Assembly (NCBI GenBank): GCA_032718475.1
Contig: JAUCBJ010005556.1
Location: forward strand, 1 to 41,886
Direction: 5' to 3'
DNA length: 41,886 nt
Origin: Nemertoderma westbladi
Lineage: Eukaryota; Animalia; Xenacoelomorpha
Positions 23,635 to 33,393 of this stretch are shown here, in pieces; position 1 is the first letter of the stretch, and every line of letters begins with the position of its first letter. Below the pieces are notes generated by a model, which was not told the DNA's origin, did no database searches, and was given only the letters and a program-made list of their open reading frames with translations. A program made the translations under genes and the position numbers.

Positions 23635-24041
23635 GGATGGTGTGCTTGGGCATTTGGATGACTTCTGTTACATTGGGGTAATGTATACGTAAATTAGGGT
23701 TTATTGTGTCTAATGCAATGGACTTCTCCAACAAGATCCTATATAGCATTGGAGGTGTTTGTTTCATTTTGTCCCCTTTAAGCTTGAACTGAGCCGCCTC
23801 CTTATTGCATGCCATTTCTTTTCCCATGAGGACCATCGCGATCTTGTGCTTTGGTGCCCTCAAGGAGAGAATAAGCATGATGGGCAGCCCATGGCTTTCT
23901 TGAGACACATCTTATAGGACACTCATCTTGAAAATGCGGATAATCACACAAAAGTTATGGGTGATAGTGAGATGTGGCAGCGTCATTTTGCCGAGAAGGG
24001 GGCCTGGCAGTCAGTGCAGCGGTAATGCAACATGGTGATTA
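23635..24041 (+). mobile_element. Old, diverged relative of the RTE-like LINE (copy 4)
   Basis: Translates as DGVLGHLDDFCYIG; further matches to copy 1 (cattggaggtgt, cagcccatgRctttcttgagac, atgggtgatag) and a degenerate 3' end tgcagcggtaatgcaacatg. Confidence 0.7.
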
Positions 24042-24070
24042 TCTACATACAGATATACACTCAGTTATTT

Positions 24071-24545
24071 ATGCTCGCACCAAGTAATGACCTTCTCCTG
24101 TTTCAAAACCTGGAAGACTCCTATGATGTTAATGAGGTTGCTGCAGCAGAAAGCTTGGGGAACAACTCTCATTGAAAGCTTATTGAGAACCGGTACCTTT
24201 GCTGCTTTTCAGTTATATTGATGATGAAATTCAGACAACCATTGCATCTGCAATGTATAATAAATCACCTCGTGCCACAGATGTATGTGATGTTGAGACT
24301 AAGGATGTACAGAACTTTAAGGATGTTGGTGTTAGCACATTTCGTAACTCCACAAGGATGTACAGAACTTTAAGGATGTTGGTTTTAGCACATTTCGTAA
24401 CTTCACAAAGTTTTTGTAAGTACGCAGTCACTCAGCATGTTCCTTGCGCTCTCTATACGTTGTGATTTTCTATCCTCCTCATTTGAATAAGGTGCAAGCT
24501 TTTAGTGTCATCAATGACTGTGCTGGGCATGAAGTTAAGGTGGTT
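24071..24545 (+). pseudogene. Decayed C-terminal fragment of a hAT-like (hATm-type) transposase, with an internal 53-bp tandem duplication
   Basis: APSNDLLL..L...VNEVAAA, EPVPLLLFS and VINDCAGHEVK (resembles VVNDxAERGVK), with stops and frameshifts; duplication at 24301-24353 / 24354-24408. Confidence 0.45.
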
Positions 24546-25029
24546 CTAACTGAGGATGATATTCAGCACCAAACCAAACCATCACAAACTGTTAGATATC
24601 AATCACTGTGGTATACCTTATAACTAACTGAGTCCTAGAGTAGTTTAATTTGTAGTAATATTTTCTGGACTAAATCTATCATGCATTACCTTTTCGCGTA
24701 TATATTATATATACCAAGTAGTTGTTATTGCAAGTAACCATTCAAATTAAAGCTAGTTTCCATATGAGTCCAACAGTATATTCCATTGTTTAATGCAAAG
24801 ACCGACCGCAGATGATTGGCAATATCATCACAATGATGTGGTATATTGACATATAGGTAACTCGTTTTTTTCTGGCTTCCACAGAAACCAGGGGGGCTGT
24901 GAAGTTTCTGTCATCATTGTTCACCAATTTCGTTAAAATTTATGAACTTAATCAAATAATTATCCATCTTGGCACTCTTGTAAGTTCCTCACAGACCTGT
25001 GTGTGTGGCGCCATAGTGGATCCGACAGC

Positions 25030-25420
25030 TCTCCAGCTCTCCATGCTCTAACATGCAAGCATACAAAAATTCGCTATACCTGTCGCGGACTTTGAATTGA
25101 TGCCATTTTTCAATGTGGCGCGGTCTTCAGAAATCCCTGCATTTCTTGAACCGATTTGACTGTGCCTCATTGATGGTAAACGGTCGGATGGTACTACTGT
25201 CCTCAATCCCATTGTCTGCACATCTCCCACTAATCTAGGATTTCACCTGCTATAGCCATTGTCTGGAACCATCCTACCATGCCATAGCCTACCGTGATGG
25301 TTCATTTTGACCAAATTCGCAGATGAGTAAAAGTTAGTCAAGTGTATGACTACTGTGAACTGATTCCTAAAGATCCAAAAATTCAACTAGTTGCGGTTGT
25401 GGCCTTTGGGTCGAGCACTA
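25030..25420 (+). pseudogene. Decayed CRE-like non-LTR retrotransposon fragment (zinc knuckle + restriction-like endonuclease)
   Basis: HALTCKH, then EIPAFLEPI*LCLIDGKRSDGTT (cf. EPxGLxRxDGKRPDG), DFTC, and VAVVAFG downstream. Confidence 0.55.
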
Positions 25421-26609
25421 TGGACTTTCTCCTTGAACTTGACTGACATATAGAATAGATGAGCGAAAATAAGAGGACCATTGGAGCATCTGCATCAACT
25501 CATTGTTGGGGTCTTTTGTGTAGTGAGGTAATGCTGCTCGTTTCAAGAAAACATTTGGCCAAGGGGACAAAGAAATCTTGAGACTTGGATTTGGTATCGT
25601 CTATTTCCATTCCCCTTTGTACTCTCATTACTTTGCCTTCCCTCTCCTTTTATTCTAACATTAATTCATTATATTCTTTACTTTTTATCATGTGCTCTGT
25701 TCATTTTATCTTATCTCGGTTAATTTCATCCTTTATTGTGCATACCACTCTTAATATTGATGGGCGAAATACGTAAACAATTTTATTCTTAAATTATTGT
25801 TACTTTTTCGCTCAAATATACCCCAAAATCGGGACAAAAGGGGTACTTTGTTCCATATGGAAAAACAGTGACCAAATTATTTAACATTGAGTAAGACAGC
25901 ATCAAGAGTTGAAGAGTGCAGTAATTTTAATCGCAGTAACTATGAAACCAATATAGTAAAATACTACAGTTCAATTAATTTTGTAGCATTAAATCTCACT
26001 TTTATTAAATTCTTCTTAAATTTTTCTTTTAAATTAAATTATTAAATTATTTTTTAAAGATTTTTTTATTAAAGAACACAGCAACAAAAAAGTGCCAATT
26101 TAAGAATAAAATTAAGTATTGCATGGTAAAAAGGAAGTATAACATTTATTTTTTCAATATTCCCTCGTCTCTTTATTAACCACACTGGTAAATATCCCAC
26201 TCGGTAAATAAAAGGCCTCGAGAATGGCGAATACAAGTTCTACCTTTGACCAAAAGCAGCATAAATGTAACTAGAGAAGTGAATAATTCGTTTGTTTGTA
26301 TGTATCCCAGTCATTTTATCATTTTGTAGATTTCATAGGACACATAATTTGATGAAATTGTATTGTTGGTAATTAAAGAAAGGAATTGAACCCTGTATGA
26401 ACGAAACATGTAAATATTTCCTGCGCAGTTCCCAATGAGAAAGGAAATAAATCAGAACTTATGAGAAAATCTAATGTTAATGTGTAGCAGTGCTTAATAT
26501 GGATAAATAACTGCAATGTTTCCAGTTTTACAAACTTGAAATTTTCTTGAGAAGAAGAATGATGCGTTGTTTCATTATAAATTATGCAGAATTACAATAA
26601 TATTTGAAG

Positions 26610-27989
26610 ATGAAGTTCTCGTTGTCGATGCAATTTGGCTTAATTTGCATGACATTTGCGAATTCACAAAGAGAAGTGAATGGAGAAAATACGACAACTA
26701 GTAGTGGTGAGGTAAACACAGAGCAAGGAAATCTGAGAGATGATATAAAACCAGAACGCCGTCAAAGAATTGATGATGACGTCATGATGCACATCTCAGA
26801 CCTAAAAATGGAGCTATTTTCAAATTATCATAAAGAAATTCGTCCCCTAAGAAATCAAGAAGAGAAAATAGAAGTTCAATTGAATGTCGTAATTAACGAC
26901 ATTATTGAGGTAAGTCTAGTGGAGGCTAGTATTCTTCTATCAGTTTCTATCACAATGTCATGGTATGATGATTATCTTAGATGGGAACCAGAACTTTATG
27001 GAATGATTACTGATATTGATGTATCACCTACTGAGGTTTGGTCTCCCCGCGTCAACATATTAGACCTAGAGATAGCTTATGTTGGAGATTCTGTCAACTA
27101 TGGGGTAGTTCATCATAATGGTATGGTGATTACGTACCTCCGACAGTTCATAAGAGTGAGTCAGCTTTTATCAGCAAGATATTTTCCATATGACATACAA
27201 CTTGTCAAATTTGCATACCAATCCTGGACATATGATGATAAAAAGGTTATTCTGAAGTGGCATCCAAACATGAGGCACTCTGTAGCCAGTGTGCGAATAT
27301 TAAACAATGAATGGGTTTGGAGCAATGCTACAATCAGTGAAGCAAAAGCATCAGAGAAGCTCCAATCTGATGATAATATTCATTCTTTCTCCCAGTTGAC
27401 ACACAACATTGTGCTGTCTCGACAGACACGCTTCTACTTTAGATTCATCATTTTCCCATCAATAGTGATTAGCGCTTTAATTCCTCTCATCTTTATCCTT
27501 CCCGGAACAGACAATGGCCCGCGTATTGGTTTGGGCAGTGGTCTGTTCTTTGCACAAATGATCAACCTTGTTATGATACAAAATTTCTTACCGCCAGCTG
27601 CAAAGGAACCACCACTGGTTTCTGAACTTTACTTTTTGAATGTAACAATTACCCTGATAACAGTGGCTGCTTTAATCATCGTAGCTCAGCTAAACAGTAT
27701 AGCCAGAAGGCTTGATAAAGATACCAAAAACATCGGGATTAAATTTCTCAGGATAATTTTTGGATTCGGTGATCCTATTTTGTTCGTGTCATCCGCAACA
27801 TTTGTTTGTGTTACCAACATTACTATAATGCACTTACTATTATCAACAGGACCATCACCGGATTCTTTGTTGTCTAGCATATTAACCAAGAAGAATGCTA
27901 CCGAAGTTATCAAGATAGATAAAGAATATGATTATGATTTCTTTGAATATGATGGTTGGAGTGATGATGTAGTGGTGGATATAGTGTAG
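26610..27989 (+). CDS. Intronless pentameric ligand-gated ion channel subunit, nAChR-like but lacking the Cys-loop cysteines (459 aa from the first ATG)
   Basis: Signal-peptide-like N-terminus; LF.NY.KEIRP, WYDDYLRW.P..YG, VWSP, YFPYDIQ, SWTYD, NEW motifs; four hydrophobic segments (RFIIFPSIVISALIPLIFILP; RIGLGSGLFFAQMINLVMI; ELYFLNVTITLITVAALIIVA; DPILFVSSATFVCVTNITI). The ORF track starts at an upstream TTG (26604). Confidence 0.92.
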   Translation: MKFSLSMQFGLICMTFANSQREVNGENTTTSSGEVNTEQGNLRDDIKPERRQRIDDDVMMHISDLKMELFSNYHKEIRPLRNQEEKIEVQLNVVINDIIEVSLVEASILLSVSITMSWYDDYLRWEPELYGMITDIDVSPTEVWSPRVNILDLEIAYVGDSVNYGVVHHNGMVITYLRQFIRVSQLLSARYFPYDIQLVKFAYQSWTYDDKKVILKWHPNMRHSVASVRILNNEWVWSNATISEAKASEKLQSDDNIHSFSQLTHNIVLSRQTRFYFRFIIFPSIVISALIPLIFILPGTDNGPRIGLGSGLFFAQMINLVMIQNFLPPAAKEPPLVSELYFLNVTITLITVAALIIVAQLNSIARRLDKDTKNIGIKFLRIIFGFGDPILFVSSATFVCVTNITIMHLLLSTGPSPDSLLSSILTKKNATEVIKIDKEYDYDFFEYDGWSDDVVVDIV

Positions 27990-28073
27990 ATGCAATGGCA
28001 ATGGTATGGTTCATTTTGAAATGAACATCTATAATTATGGTTTGTCTTGCATTATGTATATGTAACTGTACGA

Positions 28074-28079
28074 AATAAA
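28074..28079 (+). promoter_or_regulatory. Candidate polyadenylation signal of the channel gene
   Basis: AATAAA 85 nt after the stop codon, followed by an A8 run at 28090-28097. Confidence 0.45.
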
Positions 28080-28684
28080 CAATAAGCTCAAAAAAAAGTA
28101 ATAATGTAATGATGTTAACTTATAATATAATGGTGATTTTGACAATTAATTCTGTTCATTAGTTTAAATTATTTGTAAGGTAAGTAAGGCTAGTTATTGG
28201 CCTATAATTAATTACTTCAATAATTATTCTACCATATTTTGCTTAAGAAGAATAGTTGTACCTTGTAATGGATAATTTATAAACTCTCAAGATTTTTTTC
28301 AATATTGAATACCGAAGTTATATTTGTAATTATAAAACGGGCCTAATTTGCAGTATCCTTCAACTGAGGTCCACTGACCTGCATAATCTCCTAATCCGAG
28401 ATTCCTCCATGGTCTCCATCCACCGCGCACAGGGGCGCAGCCACGTTCCCAAAAGTGGGGGGGGACGATAAAATTCCAAATATGTAAAAACATTTGAACT
28501 TGTTTGGGAAAAACCTGATTTATGAGCGTTCGAGAGTTGCATGTATTTTGCTTCGGTTCCGGTGCAGGCAATTTATTCTACTTAATAAATATACAATATT
28601 TTTGAACATTTTGTTTATGTATGAATTTATTGTATTACGTACTAGTATTATTTTATATAATACATATATACAGTATACATGTAC

Positions 28685-28961
28685 TAATAATAATATGCTA
28701 TAAACAAAATAAAAACCAATATCTTACAAAAAGAAAATTTTTCTTTTACAAATTTTCGACTCGACATGAGTCTTATTCATGTACAGTGTTTACTTCCATA
28801 AATATGATTACTGTACATTAACATTGTCACTGTGTACAGTAATCATATTTATGGAAATAAATACATGAATAAGACTCATGTCGAGTCGAAAATTTGTAAA
28901 AGAAAAATTTTCTTTTTGTAAGATATTGGTTTTTATTTTGCTTTATAGCATATTATTGTTA
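28685..28961. repeat. Long near-perfect inverted repeat (~130-bp arms, 15-bp spacer); fold-back/MITE-like
   Basis: 28685-28817 is the reverse complement of 28833-28961 apart from a few small indels and substitutions. Confidence 0.9.
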
Positions 28962-29399
28962 TTATATTTACAAACCGGATCTTGCCCTCACGGTTGTTTT
29001 CAATCCGATTATACCGGTACAATTAATTATATATACATGTACTTTTGTACTATAATACTATTGTACAGTATATAATAGGTATTGTACTGTATTGTTGCCC
29101 AGATACTGATAAGTTACATATTATAATGTAGAATAAATGGACTCCATCACAGCTCAACGGAAAATATGTAACATTCAACGCCCATTATATAGCAACCTTA
29201 ATACAATTGCATTGCAAATTCAAATAGTTAACAAAAGAACAGTACAGCACATACAAAATACAGCAAGTAAAAACTAAATAATTACTCACAAACCACCACC
29301 AGCTGTATTTGACGGCTGCCTAGCAACCAAATAGCTATTTAAACTACCGGTACCGTATGTACTGATGTACTGTGTACTGCCTATCACTGCACTGCCATT

Positions 29400-29656
29400 C
29401 AGCCTGTTGGGTCGGAGTTTGCATTAGCCAGGAGAATGGACGCCTCCGCGATATTGCAGCGGACTGGGCGGCGAGAAGCTGATCTCCAGCCACGCAGACA
29501 GAGCAGCGACGACCTCAGTAACGCGAAACTCAGTCGCCGGCGAACCAGGTGATACTGTTGGAGTACCGGACCTCCATTTTGTCCGTGATCTTGTGGGCCA
29601 GGCGAGTAACAAACTGCGTGGCGGCTTTGGACATCCAGCCGAAAGCCGCCAACGCC
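29400..29656 (-). pseudogene. 3' fragment of a CRE-like non-LTR retrotransposon ORF
   Basis: With one frameshift it reads ALAAFGWMSKAATQFVTRLAHKITDKMEVRYSNSITW/VRRRLSFALLRSSLLCLRGWR, matching the typical C-terminus RLA...YS...W.R.RLSF.LLRS..LCLRGSR; GC-rich island in AT-rich flanks. Confidence 0.6.
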
Positions 29657-29756
29657 CATTATACTGCCATATCTCAGATAATCCTTTTGACAAATTCTGA
29701 ATTTATTACATTATTTAGTTTCCCTGCAACAACGTCATCTTCCATTCGTTACCAAC

Positions 29757-29995
29757 TGTGTAGTATAGTGCATGGCTCTCTCCCGCGAAGTCTGCTTGTC
29801 TTATTCATATTATATATATCAGTCATGGCGCAGTTATGATTTTCGAACCTACAACTGTATTGCTGTACCAGCCTACTGCTACCACCTACCACGCTACCAG
29901 TATACCCTGCTAGACAACCAGGCCCTCGGGCCCAGGCCAGCCATACCCGCACATTAGGTTCTGTCTGCTGTTAATAAAGTAATACATTAATACTA
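29757..29995 (+). repeat. Gypsy 5' LTR (start 29757 or 29759), followed by PBS-like TGGCGCAC at 29996
   Basis: Identity with the window end; internal TATA-like run and AATAAA near 29973; terminal inverted motif TAGTAT...ATACTA. Confidence 0.75.
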
Positions 29996-31410
29996 TGGCG
30001 CACAACTCAACCGACACCCGCGACCCCCGCTCCTTCGTACTCCGCAGCGCAGCCCCTCCGTTCGACATCGACTGCGAACGATCGACGTGGGACCTGTGGA
30101 TCGAGGAGTGGGAAGCGTTCCTGGTGACGTCGGGCCTCGAGAACCTGCGGACCATCTACCCCACGGACCCTCCGGACCCGGCTGTCTCGGCCGACCTCCT
30201 CCGGGCCACCAACAGACAGCATCGAGCCGCCCTCACATCCGTGTTCTCCCGCAGTACGGACGCCGTGGTAAGGGGGGGACTTGGGCTCTCCACTGTCGAC
30301 AACTCGGATGCGTCCCTCGTCATCGCGACACTCGGTACCCATGTCCACGGAGGGACTAACAAATGGGTCCACCGTCAGGAACTCGCCCGGCCTTCCCACC
30401 TCCCAGAGGAAACCCCGGAGACGTTCCTGGTCCACCTCCGGGACATCGCCACCAAGTGTGAGTTCGAGGCGCTCCCCACCGCGGCGGCCCAGGCCAACGA
30501 TCGGCTCCTCGATCAATTCATCGCGGGCTTCGGTGACAAGGAGGTGACCGAGCAGCTCCTCCGCCTGCCTCCAGACAGCTACATCACGGATGCCCTCCGC
30601 CTCGCGCAGACTGTCTGGACTGCCCGCAAGGACGCCGCCTCCATGTTGTGGAGCGGGGCCCCCGCAACCGCTCCCACGACGGCGCCCTCGGCTGCCAGAG
30701 CGACGGCGCAACGCAGCCGCTGGCCCGGGCCCCGCCGTGATCAACCACCCACCCGCTGCCCACAGTGCGGGTTCCCCCCACACAATGCGGGAGCCCATTG
30801 CACCGGCGCCAATGCCCGCTGTCGCCACTGCAACATCGTCGGGCACTACAATCGGATGTGCCCCCGCCGCCCCCAGACCAACGCAGCCGATGGGCCCGCC
30901 ACCGATTACGACGACGATCGGTCGACCAACGCCGCCGAGATCTGGTCGATCCTCGCTGGTCCCGAACTGGACGACGCCCCCACCGTCTCCTCCATTGAAC
31001 AGTTGGAGTCCCTCGAGACGGTGACACTGGGATTCCAGGTCACTAAGAACCCCAGTTTCGGAATCACCAAACTCCAGTTCCTCCCAGATTCTGGTGCCAA
31101 CATTACGGCGATTCCCTTCCGGATCTACTCAGCCTTCGGGGGGAAAGTCGAGAACCTCCGGAACTCCAACCCGCCGCCCCAACCACCTAAACTCGCCAAC
31201 GGTAGTCGAGCGGGTTGGGTTTTTAAGGGAGTATTCGGAGCCACCATCCAGTGCATGTATCCATGCATTGCACACTGCCTGCACCATGGATGTCTAGGTC
31301 CTGGACGGCCTCCACCAATCACTGCTGTCCAGGAAGACCTGCTTCACCCTCGGGATCCTGTGGAGCCCCATCCTCCGGGGTGGGCGGGGGCCACCCGACG
31401 CCCCCACTAG
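29995..31410 (+). CDS. Gypsy Gag-protease (frameshifted after the protease)
   Basis: W..W...WEAF, LRDIATKCEF, LLDQFIAG; two knuckles CPQCGFPPHNAGAHC and CRHCNIVGHYNRMC; aspartic protease motif FLPDSGA. Confidence 0.85.
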   Translation: MAHNSTDTRDPRSFVLRSAAPPFDIDCERSTWDLWIEEWEAFLVTSGLENLRTIYPTDPPDPAVSADLLRATNRQHRAALTSVFSRSTDAVVRGGLGLSTVDNSDASLVIATLGTHVHGGTNKWVHRQELARPSHLPEETPETFLVHLRDIATKCEFEALPTAAAQANDRLLDQFIAGFGDKEVTEQLLRLPPDSYITDALRLAQTVWTARKDAASMLWSGAPATAPTTAPSAARATAQRSRWPGPRRDQPPTRCPQCGFPPHNAGAHCTGANARCRHCNIVGHYNRMCPRRPQTNAADGPATDYDDDRSTNAAEIWSILAGPELDDAPTVSSIEQLESLETVTLGFQVTKNPSFGITKLQFLPDSGANITAIPFRIYSAFGGKVENLRNSNPPPQPPKLANGSRAGWVFKGVFGATIQCMYPCIAHCLHHGCLGPGRPPPITAVQEDLLHPRDPVEPHPPGWAGATRRPH

Positions 31411-31589
31411 GCAGTGTGCGAACCAGCTACTGACTGCGCCACCACCCACGCCACCGCCCATGCCACCAGCACAACCACTGCCAACCACACCAACACCGAC
31501 ACCATCGCCGACACTGCCACCCAACGTGACCCAGACCTGGGAAACCCTGGCTACCCGGTACCCCCGCCCCCTCTCTGGGAACTGTAGGG

Positions 31590-31968
31590 TTATGGCTGGG
31601 GGGATATAACCATAAAACTGCTCCCGGACGCCAAACCATCGTTCCGGTACTCCAACCGCCCCATACCGGCCAACCTGGAGGAGGCATTCGACAGGGAGCT
31701 CAGCGACCAGGTTGCCATGGGGATCCTCGAGCCCGAGGACGATGCCAACAGTCCCAGCGCGTGGCTCAGCCCCATGGTCGTTACTAGGAAGAAGAGCGAC
31801 CCAAACTCTGTCCAGATTACTGTCGACCTCCGGGAGTTGAACCGCCACACCGTCCGACCCACCTACTTTTCCCCGGACCCGTTCCAGGTCGTCTCCCGCG
31901 TCCCCACATCGGCCCGCTACTTCTCCGTCGTCGATGGACTCAAGGGGTTCCACCAGGTCGGCCTCGAT
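31590..31968 (+). pseudogene. Gypsy reverse transcriptase, N-terminal part
   Basis: GILEP...SAWLSPMVVTRKK...VDLRELNR...YFSVVDGLKGFHQVGLD, then an abrupt break. Confidence 0.88.
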
Positions 31969-31997
31969 CGGAACAGGAGGAACGGGAGGAACGGGAG

Positions 31998-32345
31998 GAG
32001 TAAACTGGATAACTGACCGGTAGTAGGATAATATATGTATTCATTCCTACATTACTTTGGCCTTTGTCCAGTGGATACTTTTCCCCACTCCCATTGGTTG
32101 ATGACCTACTTCATGCCTCTCACCTCTGTGGGAGTGCTCCCCCCCCCCCCGCTGTTGGTATCTGCCCTCTCGAGGTGGTTTGACCTCTAACCTCCCTTTG
32201 TGTGGCTTTTGGGGTGTATGTTATCCCCGTTATTGGGTGTGATACGAGATTGGTTGTTACCAATCTCAGGTCTCCAATATTGCTGAAAAGGGGCGCCACT
32301 TCCCAACTTTATGGGGGTAATGAAGCGGAATTAAATCCGCTCACA
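31998..32345 (-). repeat. BEL 3' LTR, truncated at its U5 end
   Basis: Matches 39110-39454 with about 8 substitutions and small indels by eye; lacks the 222 bp equivalent to 38888-39109. Confidence 0.9.
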
Positions 32346-32589
32346 CTCCCCCCCATGCTATCTTCCCGGTGAGAAGATAGCATCATCTAAAAGTGCGCTT
32401 CAATTCCGCTGGAACCTGATCTATTATCGGGTGTGGGGTGGAGTTCTTTTACTTGGAGTCGGCTTTCCAGGCCGCTCCCTCTGGGTATGATATTACTACC
32501 CCTTCTTGGTGCAACCGCAACCTATGTTGCACCAAGACATCTGGCGTCTCTGTTTGAGACAATTGTGGAATCCTCACACAATTTTAAAA

Positions 32590-33335
32590 ACTCTCTCACC
32601 CTGAACTCTAACTTCTCACTCTACTTCACCTCCACTCTAACTCCACTCTACTCTATCTTACTCCACTCCACTCTTACTCCTACTCCACTCTTACTTCACT
32701 CTGCTCTCTCTATCTCACTCTCGCTACCCACACTTGAATTGCACTCCACTTTCTCTTGCGCCAACACCTCCTCTCACTATCTCCCTATGCTCCTATACTC
32801 TCTACCACTCCCAAAGGTGTCAAGTTCTTATGCTACCCCTGTGCTATCATTCTATCTACCTTATCTAAATCTTACTTCTTACTTACTACTTACTGCTAAT
32901 TCTACTAACTCTCTAACTCTACTAACTCTAACTCTACTAACTCTAATTCTATTAACTCTCTAACTCTCTACTAACTCTAACTCTACTAACTCTCTACCTC
33001 TACTAACTCTCTAACCTTCTAACTCTACTGACTACGTGGCGCTTTCAGTGCCCACAACCACTCTGCTACTACCTCCATCTACGTGGCGCTTTCGGTGCCC
33101 ACAACCACTCTGCTACTACTCGTGGCATGTCAATATACCACACTCCCTTACTGCCTACTTCTAATTCCTCCTCTTACTTTCTCTTACTCTTGCTATTAAC
33201 TTTCTAACTACTTACTAACTTTCTAACTTTCTTATTTCTACTTACTATCTAACTTCTACTAACTACTACTTCTTACTAGCTTCTACTTATTTTATTTTAT
33301 TATTTTATTTATTTTATATTATTATATTTCTTATT
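32590..33335. repeat. Low-complexity CT/CTA-rich 3' region of the BEL element
   Basis: (ctaact)n-like and (tttta)n runs, plus a ~41-bp duplication at 33032 and 33079. Confidence 0.75.
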
Positions 33336-33393
33336 AGTGTGGGAAGGGCGTCTCGCCCTCATTCCCACCCCCCTCAGTCCAACATTTGGATGA

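Noticed and set aside
27972-27989. PDZ-binding motif (DIV) at the channel C-terminus
   Set aside because: With four transmembrane helices the C-terminus is extracellular, so the motif is unlikely to function.
28430-28470. hAT-like terminus CAGGGGCGCAGCCA
   Set aside because: No matching second terminus or TSD found.
30007-31953. Long - strand ORFs (279, 147, 219 aa) over Gypsy gag/pol
   Set aside because: Antisense shadows of GC-rich coding sequence with no recognisable domains; the same applies to overlapping ORFs at 38000-41750.
32433-32963. 176-aa + strand ORF as an accessory or env gene
   Set aside because: L/S/T-rich translation of CT-rich low-complexity DNA, antisense to the BEL element, with no motif.
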